Of a DNA stretch of 64,000 nt, positions 1-9,209 are shown one piece after another. The DNA lies in the NCBI GenBank assembly GCA_041287245.1, contig JBEULP010000117.1, forward strand, positions 186,170-250,169. Direction: 5' to 3'. A model generated the notes under the pieces. It saw only the letters and a list, made by a program, of their open reading frames with translations. It ran no database searches and was not told the origin of the DNA. Origin of the DNA: Infirmifilum sp. (GTDB lineage Archaea > Thermoproteota > Thermoprotei > Thermofilales > Thermofilaceae). The position numbers and the translations under genes are program-made. How positions within the stretch are numbered: the first letter of the stretch is position 1; each line of letters begins with the position of its first letter.

Positions 1-80
1 GTTTCACAAACATATACATAAGCTCTGCACAAGGTTTTACAGCTTTCTTCGCCATTAAACGATAGAGAAAGGTAGATGCG

Positions 81-1145
81 ATGGAGATACTTTACCTCTC
101 AGAACCATTTTATTCCCCCGTAACACCTGTTCTTATAAGCGAGGAGAAGTCAGCGATTATCTACCTTGATGACGAGCTTTCTCCTGTAAAGTGTTACGAC
201 TCATATGGCAACTCTATCCGGTGTCCTGAAACTCTAGGCCTCCAAAAAGACGAAACATATGTTGTGGGAGGGGCGGCTGCGGAGGTTCTAGCCTCCTACA
301 TGGATCTTCCCTTCATAGATGTGAGAAGGGTAAAAATCCAACCCACCTACAGACCCGGTGTTTTTTCATCGTTTTTTCAAAGTATCCGAGACGCCCTGCA
401 AGATCCTACACAGGAGCCTATCGCTAAGAATTCAATTGTGGCCGTCTTTCCTGGAGCAATATTGAAAAAAAGGGCATGGGCGGTAGCATATATAGGTAGG
501 GTTAGAGACGGAAAGCTTGAACTCAAGGCTGAGATCCACTTCGACCAGAATTTCAGGGTTCTCCACGAGAAATCATCAGGGCTTGAAGAGTTAGATAAGT
601 TTGATCATTGGTGGGAAGCCCCGTGGGACTATGTTTTCACCTATGGAAAAAATCTGCGAAGACTGATTGAACTTGTCATGGAAAGGCCCGTTGAGAAAAT
701 ATCCCCTGGAATAATCGGTAAAGAGAAGCCTTTAACACCCACAGAGATTATCGAGAAACTTTTCTCGGAAGCATCCACAAGAGGTGTAGAGACTTCAGGC
801 AGAAGAAGCCTTAAAAAAGCTGTGGTTTACATTGATGAGAGTATTATTAGACCCAGTAAGGGTTATTCAGGAGTACTAATAATAAAGAACTCCCAAAGAA
901 GGATATTTGCACGCTGGTATTTCGACGAGAAATTCCAGTTGAAAGGATTCGACAACGTTCCCCCAGAGGCGGTTTCAGGTATAGACGTGGAATTAGGTGT
1001 AGGGAACATACCTCGCGAGACTCAGGCGAGACTCTCAGAGGTGCTTTCTGCATTTCTAGTGAAGAAAGCAATGTATACGCCCGTACGGATTGTCGATTAC
1101 TTAGCCTTAAAGGTTCATAGGTGGTATGAGGTAGCAGCGGTTTAA
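81..1145 (+). CDS. Hypothetical protein, apparently three internally repeated domains
   Basis: 354-aa ORF with an AGGTAG SD-like sequence upstream; recurring motif A-x-(I/W)-(Y/H)-(L/F)-D-x-x-(L/F). Confidence 0.7.
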   Translation: MEILYLSEPFYSPVTPVLISEEKSAIIYLDDELSPVKCYDSYGNSIRCPETLGLQKDETYVVGGAAAEVLASYMDLPFIDVRRVKIQPTYRPGVFSSFFQSIRDALQDPTQEPIAKNSIVAVFPGAILKKRAWAVAYIGRVRDGKLELKAEIHFDQNFRVLHEKSSGLEELDKFDHWWEAPWDYVFTYGKNLRRLIELVMERPVEKISPGIIGKEKPLTPTEIIEKLFSEASTRGVETSGRRSLKKAVVYIDESIIRPSKGYSGVLIIKNSQRRIFARWYFDEKFQLKGFDNVPPEAVSGIDVELGVGNIPRETQARLSEVLSAFLVKKAMYTPVRIVDYLALKVHRWYEVAAV

Positions 1146-1999
1146 ACTAAACCTTTTAGAAACTTGTATATACGCGTGTAGTCTTCTTCCTTGATCTTTT
1201 CCCTCATGGATGCGCTCAGAAGGGTTTGAGCCATGGTTGAAATGTGGGGTAACGATACTCCTCTCTCCCCGCCTGCGATGGTGGCGTAAAGCATATCCTT
1301 TGCTGCGAGGCGAAGCTTGAAGCTGACGGGATAGTTATCGGCTAAAAGCCTCGAGCCGTACCTTTCAGCTATAGTCTTTATCCATAGGTCTTGCGCAATA
1401 TCGAGGAGCTGTTGAGGATTTGTCCCCCAGCTTTCCGCTAAAACGAGGGCTTCGGCGAGCCCTATCATAGCCGAGAAGTAAATACTGTTAAGGGCGAGTT
1501 TTACAGCTGAAGCCTCTTCTACACTTCTCAAAACATGGATTTTTCTGAACAAAGCATCGACATACTCCCTGTAAGCGTCTAAGCTATTCCAGTCGCCTCC
1601 CGCTATGCCCACCAGCTCCCCTCTCAGGGCATCACCTGGTCCCCCCATTACCGGGAGAGCAACATATTTGCATCCTACGCGATGCGCCATTTCGTGCATT
1701 TTTTTAGAGTGAGAAGGGGTTACTGTCGAGTGGTTTATAATCATCATATTCCCACGGCTCTCGAAACAAATGTTCTCCATAACAAACCCGGAGGCTTCGT
1801 CATCAGATACCATAATTGCGACCAAATCTACTTTTTTCAAAGCTTCCTGGAAACTTGGAGTAACTTCAGCTCCAAATTCTTCGAGAGGCTTAGCCTTCTC
1901 AATAGTCCTGTTCCAGGCGACAACAGGAATATTCTTTTCAAGAAGTCTCCTTGCCATGTTGAATCCCATAAGACCTGTGCCGAACAATGCTACTTTCAT
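1142..1999 (-). CDS. NAD(P)-dependent oxidoreductase, 3-hydroxyisobutyrate/6-phosphogluconate dehydrogenase family
   Basis: N-terminal GTGLMG Rossmann motif, WNRT, PVMGG, catalytic K in VKLALN. Confidence 0.9.
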   Translation of the reverse strand: MKVALFGTGLMGFNMARRLLEKNIPVVAWNRTIEKAKPLEEFGAEVTPSFQEALKKVDLVAIMVSDDEASGFVMENICFESRGNMMIINHSTVTPSHSKKMHEMAHRVGCKYVALPVMGGPGDALRGELVGIAGGDWNSLDAYREYVDALFRKIHVLRSVEEASAVKLALNSIYFSAMIGLAEALVLAESWGTNPQQLLDIAQDLWIKTIAERYGSRLLADNYPVSFKLRLAAKDMLYATIAGGERGVSLPHISTMAQTLLSASMREKIKEEDYTRIYKFLKGLV

Positions 2000-2065
2000 A
2001 TTGAGTTTAGACTGTCAAGTCAAATATTTAAATATGTATCAATTTTTTTACTTATGGTTGAAAGT

Positions 2066-2329
2066 ATGGAGCCCCTTGAGGCCCTCAAAATAATTGAAAA
2101 AAGATTACAGGAGAAAGGTTATAGAACAAGAAGAGCGGAGGAGGATGGAGAGTATGTTCTAGAGGTTTCGTCGCCGAAGGGAAAAGCCCGAATCCGTTTC
2201 CACCAACAGCTGGGAAAACTTATAGAGCTCCACCTGAAGTACGAGAATACCCCGGGCCTTACAGTTTTAAAATGTGAACGATACCAGGAAACCCTATCCT
2301 GCATAGAAGATCTTATAGCTAGATTTTAA
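2066..2329 (+). CDS. Small hypothetical protein
   Basis: 3' part of ORF 1682-2329 lying outside the divergent gene; ATG at 2066 (alternative 2054). Confidence 0.6.
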   Translation: MEPLEALKIIEKRLQEKGYRTRRAEEDGEYVLEVSSPKGKARIRFHQQLGKLIELHLKYENTPGLTVLKCERYQETLSCIEDLIARF

Positions 2330-2368
2330 AGTTAAACATTTTATTGAGCTGGTAGCAATAAAAGGTAA

Positions 2369-3097
2369 ATGAAACTTCGAAGAGTTCTGGAAGCACTTCT
2401 GATATTAATCTTCATTCACCAGCTTCTAGAAGTATATGTTTTCTACACGTTGAAGCCTGCTCTGGTAGAAATTAGCCGAATTGAGAAGACTCCAGGAGAT
2501 AAAATCCTCATTGGCGCTCGCCTTTATTTTCCCAACCCTTATCCTCTTCCCATAAAAATATACAGTATAAGTTTGAAACTAAAGTGTTCTAATACAGCTG
2601 TCAACAGTAACCTATTTAATATCACGCTTATTCCAAAGAAAACAAACATTTTGCTGTTTAACTTCTCTCCCGCTGATCAGCCTATAGGGAATTGTCTAGC
2701 ACTCTACAACTTTGTCCCAGATACACTTATACTCTCCTTTCTAGACCTACACATATTTAACTTCACAGGGAACACTACCCTGACACCCCCGGCTATTTCA
2801 GAACCATTCCTCTGGGCCGGGTGGAATACAACAGAAATAAACGTTGGAGACTGCGTATCCTACGAGGTATACACCTACCCACCCGCCCCCTTTGAAGTAA
2901 CCGTCCTAGCAGACTATCTTTCAATGCCCCCCGTAGCAGTATCTTCAAGCAAAGGCATCGCTACAGGTAATTTTACCTTCTGCCCACGAGAACCCTCCTC
3001 ATTTAAACTTAAAGGATATTATCTCCTAGTAGCATCTCAGGGGAAGACGTGGACTCAGGAAGAGACATATCCCCCGCGGCTCGAGGTATCACCTTGA
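2369..3097 (+). CDS. Membrane-anchored hypothetical protein, beta-rich (LEA_2/Ig-like) ectodomain
   Basis: N-terminal TM helix, NPYPLPI motif, several N-x-S/T sequons. Confidence 0.65.
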   Translation: MKLRRVLEALLILIFIHQLLEVYVFYTLKPALVEISRIEKTPGDKILIGARLYFPNPYPLPIKIYSISLKLKCSNTAVNSNLFNITLIPKKTNILLFNFSPADQPIGNCLALYNFVPDTLILSFLDLHIFNFTGNTTLTPPAISEPFLWAGWNTTEINVGDCVSYEVYTYPPAPFEVTVLADYLSMPPVAVSSSKGIATGNFTFCPREPSSFKLKGYYLLVASQGKTWTQEETYPPRLEVSP

Positions 3098-3149
3098 CCA
3101 AAAACCTGCTCTTAGTTAAATTTAAATCAACATAGGAAAGATTGTCCAC

Positions 3150-4217
3150 GTGCTTTATATAGTCTTCACGACGGGACGCTGTAACCTTAAGTGTGACTAC
3201 TGTGGGGGAAGCTTTCCAAAGGAAAAAGTGCCTTGGACAACAACATATGATCCAATGCTTCTAAAAAACATTGTAGAAAGGGATGAGGATGCTATAGTTG
3301 CCTTTTACGGAGGCGAGCCACTCCTTAATGCTAAGCTTATAATGTGGATTATGGATAATGTCAAGGCCAAACACTTTGTAATTCAGACAAACGGAACACT
3401 ACCGCATCTTCTACCCGACAGCTACTGGCTAAGATTTGACACTGTGCTTCTTTCAATAGACGGCCGAGAAAACCTCACCGACAAACATAGGGGGAAGGGG
3501 GTACATACCCGTGTTTTACAAACAGCCAAGCATCTGCGAGAAATAGGATTTAAAGGTGATCTTATTGCAAGAATGACGGTAACGGAGGACACAGATATTG
3601 AGACAGATGTAACCTATCTCCTCTCGCTAAACCTCTTTGATCATGTACATTGGCAACTTGACGTTGTATGGAGCGACAGGTGGAAAAATTTTCAGGAGTG
3701 GCGAGATAGAAGCTATCTCCCAGGACTGAGAAAGCTAATTCAAAAATGGGTATTAGGCATTAAAAAGGGCAAGGTTCTAGGAATTGCGCCGTTTAAGGCC
3801 ATAGCTTCACAAGCTATTTTTGGAGCTGTTTATACTGCCCCACCCTGTGGTTCGGGTAGCAACTCTGTCTCTATTTTAACCAATGGCAGGATCACAGCAT
3901 GTCCGATAGCTATAAACGAACAATGGGCTCACATCGGAGACATCGATAAAGGCTTTGTTACCTCTAATAACATGATATCAGAACCTTGTACTAGCTGCCC
4001 TTACTACAGGTACTGTGGGGGTCGGTGTCTATACGCGTATAAGGAGCGCTACTGGGGCGATAGTGGGTTTAGAGAGGTCTGCAAAGCTACGAAGGAACTT
4101 GTTAAACTTGTGCTCTCAGCTGTTCCATCAGTAATTGAAGCTCTGGATAAAGGCCTTATTAAAAGGAGTGAACTATACTATCCTCCTTTTAATAACACTG
4201 TAGAAATTATACCTTGA
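3150..4217 (+). CDS. Radical SAM/SPASM protein, archaeal AF0577 (TIGR04084)-like
   Basis: CNLKCDYC motif, FYGGEPL, C-terminal SPASM CGSG...ACP...CTSCPYYRYCGGRC. Confidence 0.88.
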   Translation: MLYIVFTTGRCNLKCDYCGGSFPKEKVPWTTTYDPMLLKNIVERDEDAIVAFYGGEPLLNAKLIMWIMDNVKAKHFVIQTNGTLPHLLPDSYWLRFDTVLLSIDGRENLTDKHRGKGVHTRVLQTAKHLREIGFKGDLIARMTVTEDTDIETDVTYLLSLNLFDHVHWQLDVVWSDRWKNFQEWRDRSYLPGLRKLIQKWVLGIKKGKVLGIAPFKAIASQAIFGAVYTAPPCGSGSNSVSILTNGRITACPIAINEQWAHIGDIDKGFVTSNNMISEPCTSCPYYRYCGGRCLYAYKERYWGDSGFREVCKATKELVKLVLSAVPSVIEALDKGLIKRSELYYPPFNNTVEIIP

Positions 4218-4237
4218 AAATCTACTTATCTATCATT

Positions 4238-4639
4238 TATAGAGGAATTATGATACTCTTCTTCGCAGTTGTGTTTTTACGAGAACATCTATAAGCAGAA
4301 AATCTGGAGAAGGGGGGCCAACGAATAATAAAGCCCCGCTAAGAACGCGATCTTAGTCGGTTTCGCTCTAACAGCTCTAAGCTCATTCTTTTTAGCCTGA
4401 TGGGGCACCGTCGGGGGTTAAGCTAATCGCTGATGTAATTATAGTTTCTTCTAGTATAGTGAACCTGGGACAATATTATACAGCGCATGTATGGATGGAT
4501 TTCCTTTGGCTAACCTTCTTGCCATATGCTACAAACAAGGGTTTGGGATCCAAGAAACCTTTCTCTAATAGTCAAGCTTTTCGTGGTAGCTCTAGTGGTA
4601 TACTATGCCCTAATGTTTTTAAGACAAGCTTTGGCGTAG
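4238..4639 (+). pseudogene. LysE/RhtB-family exporter pseudogene (C-terminal half)
   Basis: Reads GFALTALSSFFLA*WGTVG, then after a frameshift VKLIAD...AHVWMDFLWLTFL, then after another frameshift LFVVALVVYYALMFL; TGA at 4398-4400, shift in G5 run 4413-4417. Confidence 0.7.
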
Positions 4640-4682
4640 TTAAAATATTTATCCTAAGAGATATATACATATCTGGGCATGT

Positions 4683-6332
4683 ATGCCGAAATACTTTAAC
4701 TTCGCATTGATCCATGCACCAAGCGTATATGACTTTAGAAAGATGGGGAACGTACACTACGGTCCGATAAGCGACGTTGTCCCCTCTAAACCTGTTTTTG
4801 ACATGTACCCATCTGGTTTCTTCTACCTTGCCTCGTACCTCGAGAAGAGAGGCGTAACAACAGGTTTGTTTAACATCGCTGCAAGGATGGTTAATGAGCC
4901 TTCCCTTGATGTCCCCCGCCTTCTCCGCACAATAAAAGCCTCAGTCTACGGGATAGACATCCACTGGCTTGTACACGCCCATGGAGCTATCGAAATCGCA
5001 AGGATGGTGAAGAACTTGCACGAGGCTCCGGTGATAGCAGGCGGGCTCTCAGCTACGTACTATTGGCGAGAAATACTTGAAAAGTACCCATTTATCGACG
5101 TAGTCGTCTTAGGAGACACCACCGAACCCATAACCTATGAGGTTATTCGAGTTTTAGAAGATGGAGAGTACCATAAACTTAGGAATATTTCTAACATTGC
5201 TTTTCGAGAAGGCTCGAAAATAATACATACGGGATTAAAGTTTGTCCCTCTTTCATTGGACGACCTTAAACCCGACTATAAGATTGTGTCTAAAGTGATG
5301 ATTAGAAGTGGCTTGAAAAACTCGCTGCCCTGGAGTACATTCTTGAAGCATCCAGTGACAGCTGTTATTACGTATAAAGGCTGTCTTTTTAACTGCCTCG
5401 CATGCGGTGGTAGCAGCTTCGCTTACAGGGTCATTTTCAACAGGAAGAAACTAGGCCTTAAGAGTCCCCAGATCATCCTTGAGGAATTCAAGGAGATTAC
5501 TGAAAGAATAAGAGCCCCTGTATTTTTTGTTAATGATTTGCAGGTTCTCGGCAAGAAATACATCGAGAACCTTATGACTATGCTAAGTCGGGAGAAGGTT
5601 GATGTTGAAATATTCTTTGAGTTCTTCACCCCACCGCCCAGGGAAATACTCGGTCTTTATAGAAAAGCAGGCGACAAAGTATATCTTCAAATGTCTCCCG
5701 AGTCCCACGACGAAAACATAAGAAAGTTTTTTGGAAGACCATATGATAATTCAAGCCTATTGCACTTTGTTAGGAATGTAAGCGAGTTCGGCTTCTCACG
5801 CCTAGACCTATATTTCATGGTCGGCCTACCCATGCAAACACCTACAAACGTTCAGGGACTAGGTGATTTTTACTCTGAGCTTATTAGAAGCGGCGGTAAG
5901 ACTATAGATGCATTCGTAGCTCCACTTGCCCCCTTTGTGGATCCTGGTAGTTTAGCCTTCCACATGCCGGAGAAGTACGGCTATAAAATTCTAACTCACA
6001 CATTCGAAGGACACCGTGAATTGATGCTAGCTAGGGAATGGTATATGATGCTTAACTATGAGACAAAGTGGATGACTCGAAAGCAAGTAGCTGAAGCAAC
6101 TTATAATTCAGTAGAAAGCCTAACAAAAGCTAAGTTCAAAGCCGGTGTCATTGACGAGGAGTACTACCGACAGGTTTTAGACTCCATAACCAATATTAGA
6201 GCTGGAATACCCAAGCAGGGCTTAAACTCGAAAGAGACTCTTGATGAAGAAGAACTCTATCCTATTCGAAAACTCTGGGTACGCTATTTAACCCTGCGAT
6301 CCCTCGCCGAAATTATTTATTATTCAATTTAA
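4683..6332 (+). CDS. B12-binding domain/radical SAM protein (Ta0216/TIGR04190-like)
   Basis: HAPSVYDFR, DIHWLVHAHGA cobalamin-binding region, CLFNCLAC motif, LAPFVDPGS. Confidence 0.88.
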   Translation: MPKYFNFALIHAPSVYDFRKMGNVHYGPISDVVPSKPVFDMYPSGFFYLASYLEKRGVTTGLFNIAARMVNEPSLDVPRLLRTIKASVYGIDIHWLVHAHGAIEIARMVKNLHEAPVIAGGLSATYYWREILEKYPFIDVVVLGDTTEPITYEVIRVLEDGEYHKLRNISNIAFREGSKIIHTGLKFVPLSLDDLKPDYKIVSKVMIRSGLKNSLPWSTFLKHPVTAVITYKGCLFNCLACGGSSFAYRVIFNRKKLGLKSPQIILEEFKEITERIRAPVFFVNDLQVLGKKYIENLMTMLSREKVDVEIFFEFFTPPPREILGLYRKAGDKVYLQMSPESHDENIRKFFGRPYDNSSLLHFVRNVSEFGFSRLDLYFMVGLPMQTPTNVQGLGDFYSELIRSGGKTIDAFVAPLAPFVDPGSLAFHMPEKYGYKILTHTFEGHRELMLAREWYMMLNYETKWMTRKQVAEATYNSVESLTKAKFKAGVIDEEYYRQVLDSITNIRAGIPKQGLNSKETLDEEELYPIRKLWVRYLTLRSLAEIIYYSI

Positions 6333-6340
6333 TTGTTTTG

Positions 6341-7408
6341 CTAGGAATTTTCCTCAGTTATTTCGAAATACTCACCGGCAACCTCCTCAACTATGGCGTC
6401 TAAACCCCCTACCCTCACGATACTATTTCCTATATCCACCTTGAAGTGCGCATAGCCGGCGGGCAGGTCTAGAACAGCGTCGGTGATGCGCCCTTCAACT
6501 GTTACTCTTGAACCTGTGTCAACCTCATATCCAACCGCCTTTAAACGTAGCTTTTTGTTTTCTAAAAGAAGTCTTCTAGCCTCATAAAGTGCCATTCGGT
6601 GGAATGTGAATTTCAAAGGAAAGTCATATTTTTCGTCCACTATAACCCTCGCACTAACCCACCTGTTGACGTAATCATGTGAAAGATAGTCGATTAACGT
6701 CCTTTCCTCTATTAGGAACCCATGTTTCATAGGTAGGGTAGGTCTTGCCTTTAAAACTCCTCCGAGCGTAGAGTCGACAATAACAACTATATCGCCAGAG
6801 ATGGCTACCCGCAACTTCTTTAGAAACGGCATGTCCTCCACGATGAATTTCGCCCCTCTTTCACCCACAGCATAGGATAAAACATAGACGCTAATACCTC
6901 TCTTGATGGTCTCTTCTATTTTACCGCTTAATAAGTGAATAAACCTTATATCACCCATTACAAGCGCGTCTATCTTAGCCTCGTCGAGCATCTCCGCCAT
7001 CCTGTTTTTCGCAACCTCAGGTTCTCTAATTACCCAGACCCCAAACCTTTCCTCCACGGAGGGCTTTGAGATACTCCTCATATACTCAAGGGCCCTCTTA
7101 GCCATAGCATCCAGGTCCCTCATGAACATGTTCAACAGAAGCTGAGGATCTACTGCGCGATATTTCTTAGGTCGTCCACCAAGCTCCTCTATATAACCTT
7201 TAGAGGAAAGCCTAGTTAGCGCTACATGTATCTGGGGGCGATGCCTTACAAGGTAGTCCGAAATCTCAGGGGCACTGAGTGGACCCTTTTCTAGAAGAAT
7301 CAGATACAGCTCTGCTTCAAGGCCTGTAAGCCCCAACATCTTTAGTAGTTGTGTGGCGCTCTCCCGGGGAGAACCTACTGAGACTTCTCCTGAAGCCCCC
7401 TCGCCCAT
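6341..7408 (-). CDS. TrmB family transcriptional regulator
   Basis: N-terminal wHTH (LGLTGLEAELY...GRPKKYRAVDP) plus effector-binding C-terminus. Confidence 0.85.
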   Translation of the reverse strand: MGEGASGEVSVGSPRESATQLLKMLGLTGLEAELYLILLEKGPLSAPEISDYLVRHRPQIHVALTRLSSKGYIEELGGRPKKYRAVDPQLLLNMFMRDLDAMAKRALEYMRSISKPSVEERFGVWVIREPEVAKNRMAEMLDEAKIDALVMGDIRFIHLLSGKIEETIKRGISVYVLSYAVGERGAKFIVEDMPFLKKLRVAISGDIVVIVDSTLGGVLKARPTLPMKHGFLIEERTLIDYLSHDYVNRWVSARVIVDEKYDFPLKFTFHRMALYEARRLLLENKKLRLKAVGYEVDTGSRVTVEGRITDAVLDLPAGYAHFKVDIGNSIVRVGGLDAIVEEVAGEYFEITEENS

Positions 7409-7440
7409 TCTGAGTCACAGGAAAAAAGGTAAAAGGGTTA

Positions 7441-8415
7441 TTAATATTTATTCATCATTTCAATATTTGAAGCCATAAGACCATGTTTTCTAGATAGAAC
7501 ATCATACGTTTGGGCTATCATGACAGCCATGTTGGCTACTTCAACACCTCGACTACCAAATAAATAGACATTAGGCTCAATGTGGTCCGCTCCGCTGTCA
7601 ACCAATACTTGACACTCAGGGCACTCGTCGAATAGGACAGGGGCAGCTGCGGCGACAGGATTTGCCGCTGGATACTCACTACTACTGAACTCTTTGAACT
7701 TTAAGTCTAGTGTGACAAGAGCTTCTTCGACAAGCTGGTCATATTTTATGTTAATGACAGCCCTGTATTTTCCTCCCAACGACAGCAGTATCGCACCAAG
7801 GTGTCTACTCGCCCCAAACTCTGGCTTTCTGAACAAGATCCCGCCTTTCTTATCCGGCGAGATTCGGCCAGGAACAGCTACAATATCGTTTAGTCCTCTT
7901 GCCCCTGGAATAGATACTGCGAGATTCGTTAGAACCTCTGGTATAATTTTTGGGAAATATTCTGATGATGAGAGAATCATGAGAGATCTCTCAATATCGG
8001 CCATTACTAATCCTTTACTAACATCGAGGTCCGGATAAACCACCTTTGTACATATATAACACTCGCTTTTTCTCCAACCATACTTTTCATGTGCTTTGCA
8101 AGCATCTCCTCCAGCAAGTATCAGTAGCCAGTAACGATTAGCGAGCATACCGGCAGTATTAATATCTCCCTTGACTATGTAATCTGCAATTCTCCTCGCT
8201 ACGAGCTCCAATTCAGACAGTTGGACGTTCAAATCTCCAAGTTCGCTGGGAAGAATGTTTCGATTACTCCTTAACATCTTGCTTATAGCTGCCTGAGTAA
8301 CTCCAAGGGAACGCGCAATATCTGTTTGCGAAAAACCTCTCTTTCTAAGTTCGTATGCCAATATTTTCCGAAAGCTCGGGACGAATATGTTGAAAGCTAT
8401 TCCTTCTGGAAACAT
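7441..8415 (-). CDS. thiR: ThiR-type regulator (HTH plus ThiN-like thiamine phosphate sensing domain)
   Basis: HTH SQTDIARSLGVTQAAISK, Cys/His cluster, IPEVLTNL, PGRI, PEFGASRH ThiN motifs; divergent from a thiamine-type ECF operon. Confidence 0.85.
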   Translation of the reverse strand: MFPEGIAFNIFVPSFRKILAYELRKRGFSQTDIARSLGVTQAAISKMLRSNRNILPSELGDLNVQLSELELVARRIADYIVKGDINTAGMLANRYWLLILAGGDACKAHEKYGWRKSECYICTKVVYPDLDVSKGLVMADIERSLMILSSSEYFPKIIPEVLTNLAVSIPGARGLNDIVAVPGRISPDKKGGILFRKPEFGASRHLGAILLSLGGKYRAVINIKYDQLVEEALVTLDLKFKEFSSSEYPAANPVAAAAPVLFDECPECQVLVDSGADHIEPNVYLFGSRGVEVANMAVMIAQTYDVLSRKHGLMASNIEMMNKY

Positions 8416-8430
8416 TCACATTATACTTGT

Positions 8431-8581
8431 AAAAACAGAGTTATAAATCTTCACCTGAGAATTTTTTATAAAAATTTATAACATTGTAATAGATTAACCT
8501 TAGGGAAAAAATTATAACTTAGTTATATAAAATAAGCGTAGCTACTAGGAAACATCCCGTAAAACTTATAACCTAGTCATT
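8431..8581. promoter_or_regulatory. Four TATAAC-N3-GTTATA palindromes, probable ThiR operators in the divergent promoter
   Basis: Perfect copy 8513-8527; imperfect copies 8431-8445, 8477-8491, 8567-8581. Confidence 0.75.
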
Positions 8582-8594
8582 TACTAAAATTAAT

Positions 8595-9209
8595 ATGAAT
8601 AGAACTACAACCTCTCGGAATCAAATCACAACTATAGACCTAGTATTTACAGCCGCTATATCCGCAGTTATAGGGGCAATCTTCCTTGTCTGGTCAAACA
8701 TCGTATGGGATGCCACAAAACTGCTATTGGGACTGTTATTCTTGCCTGTGATCTATGGGGTGTGGTTCATAGGCGCTACTGTTCCAGCGTATATTATAAG
8801 GAAGCCGGGTATAGCCCTACTCGGGGAGTTCCTAGCAGCTTTAATGGAAATGGCACTTGGAACTCAATTTTCTTCCACTGCACTCCTATACGGCGTCATG
8901 CAAGGAGTTTTATCTGAGCTAGTTTTTGCCATCACACGCTACAAGAAATGGGGTTGGGGTACCATGGCTCTAGCCGGAGCAATGCCCGCTCTTTGGGCAG
9001 CACCCGCTGATACCCTGTTGTATGGTACGGCAGAGCCCCTCCTTCCGGAGCAGAGGCTAGTATTCTGGTCATTATATTTTGTTAGTGGTGCTGTACTTGC
9101 GGGAATACTCGTAAAGGCAGTAATAGACACTGTTGTGAAGACAACCCCGATACTCGACCCCTTCCCAGTAGCCAGAGCGGTGAAATCTTCTTGCAAACAG
9201 TCAAAGTAG
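8595..9209 (+). CDS. ykoE: ECF transporter S component, YkoE-like (thiamine/precursor)
   Basis: About six TM helices, YIIRKPG.ALLGEF and GVMQGVLSEL motifs. Confidence 0.85.
   Translation: MNRTTTSRNQITTIDLVFTAAISAVIGAIFLVWSNIVWDATKLLLGLLFLPVIYGVWFIGATVPAYIIRKPGIALLGEFLAALMEMALGTQFSSTALLYGVMQGVLSELVFAITRYKKWGWGTMALAGAMPALWAAPADTLLYGTAEPLLPEQRLVFWSLYFVSGAVLAGILVKAVIDTVVKTTPILDPFPVARAVKSSCKQSK

Noticed and set aside
1682-2065. N-terminal extension of the 215-aa ORF and ORF 1770-2093
   Set aside because: Mostly antisense to the well-supported dehydrogenase gene; only the part from about 2066 looks coding
4398-4400. In-frame TGA as selenocysteine or Trp recoding
   Set aside because: Accompanied by frameshifts and truncation, so pseudogene decay is simpler
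4459-4757. Short ORFs as RiPP precursor for the SPASM enzyme
   Set aside because: The plus-strand ORF is a LysE fragment and the minus-strand ORF overlaps the next gene; neither looks like a precursor
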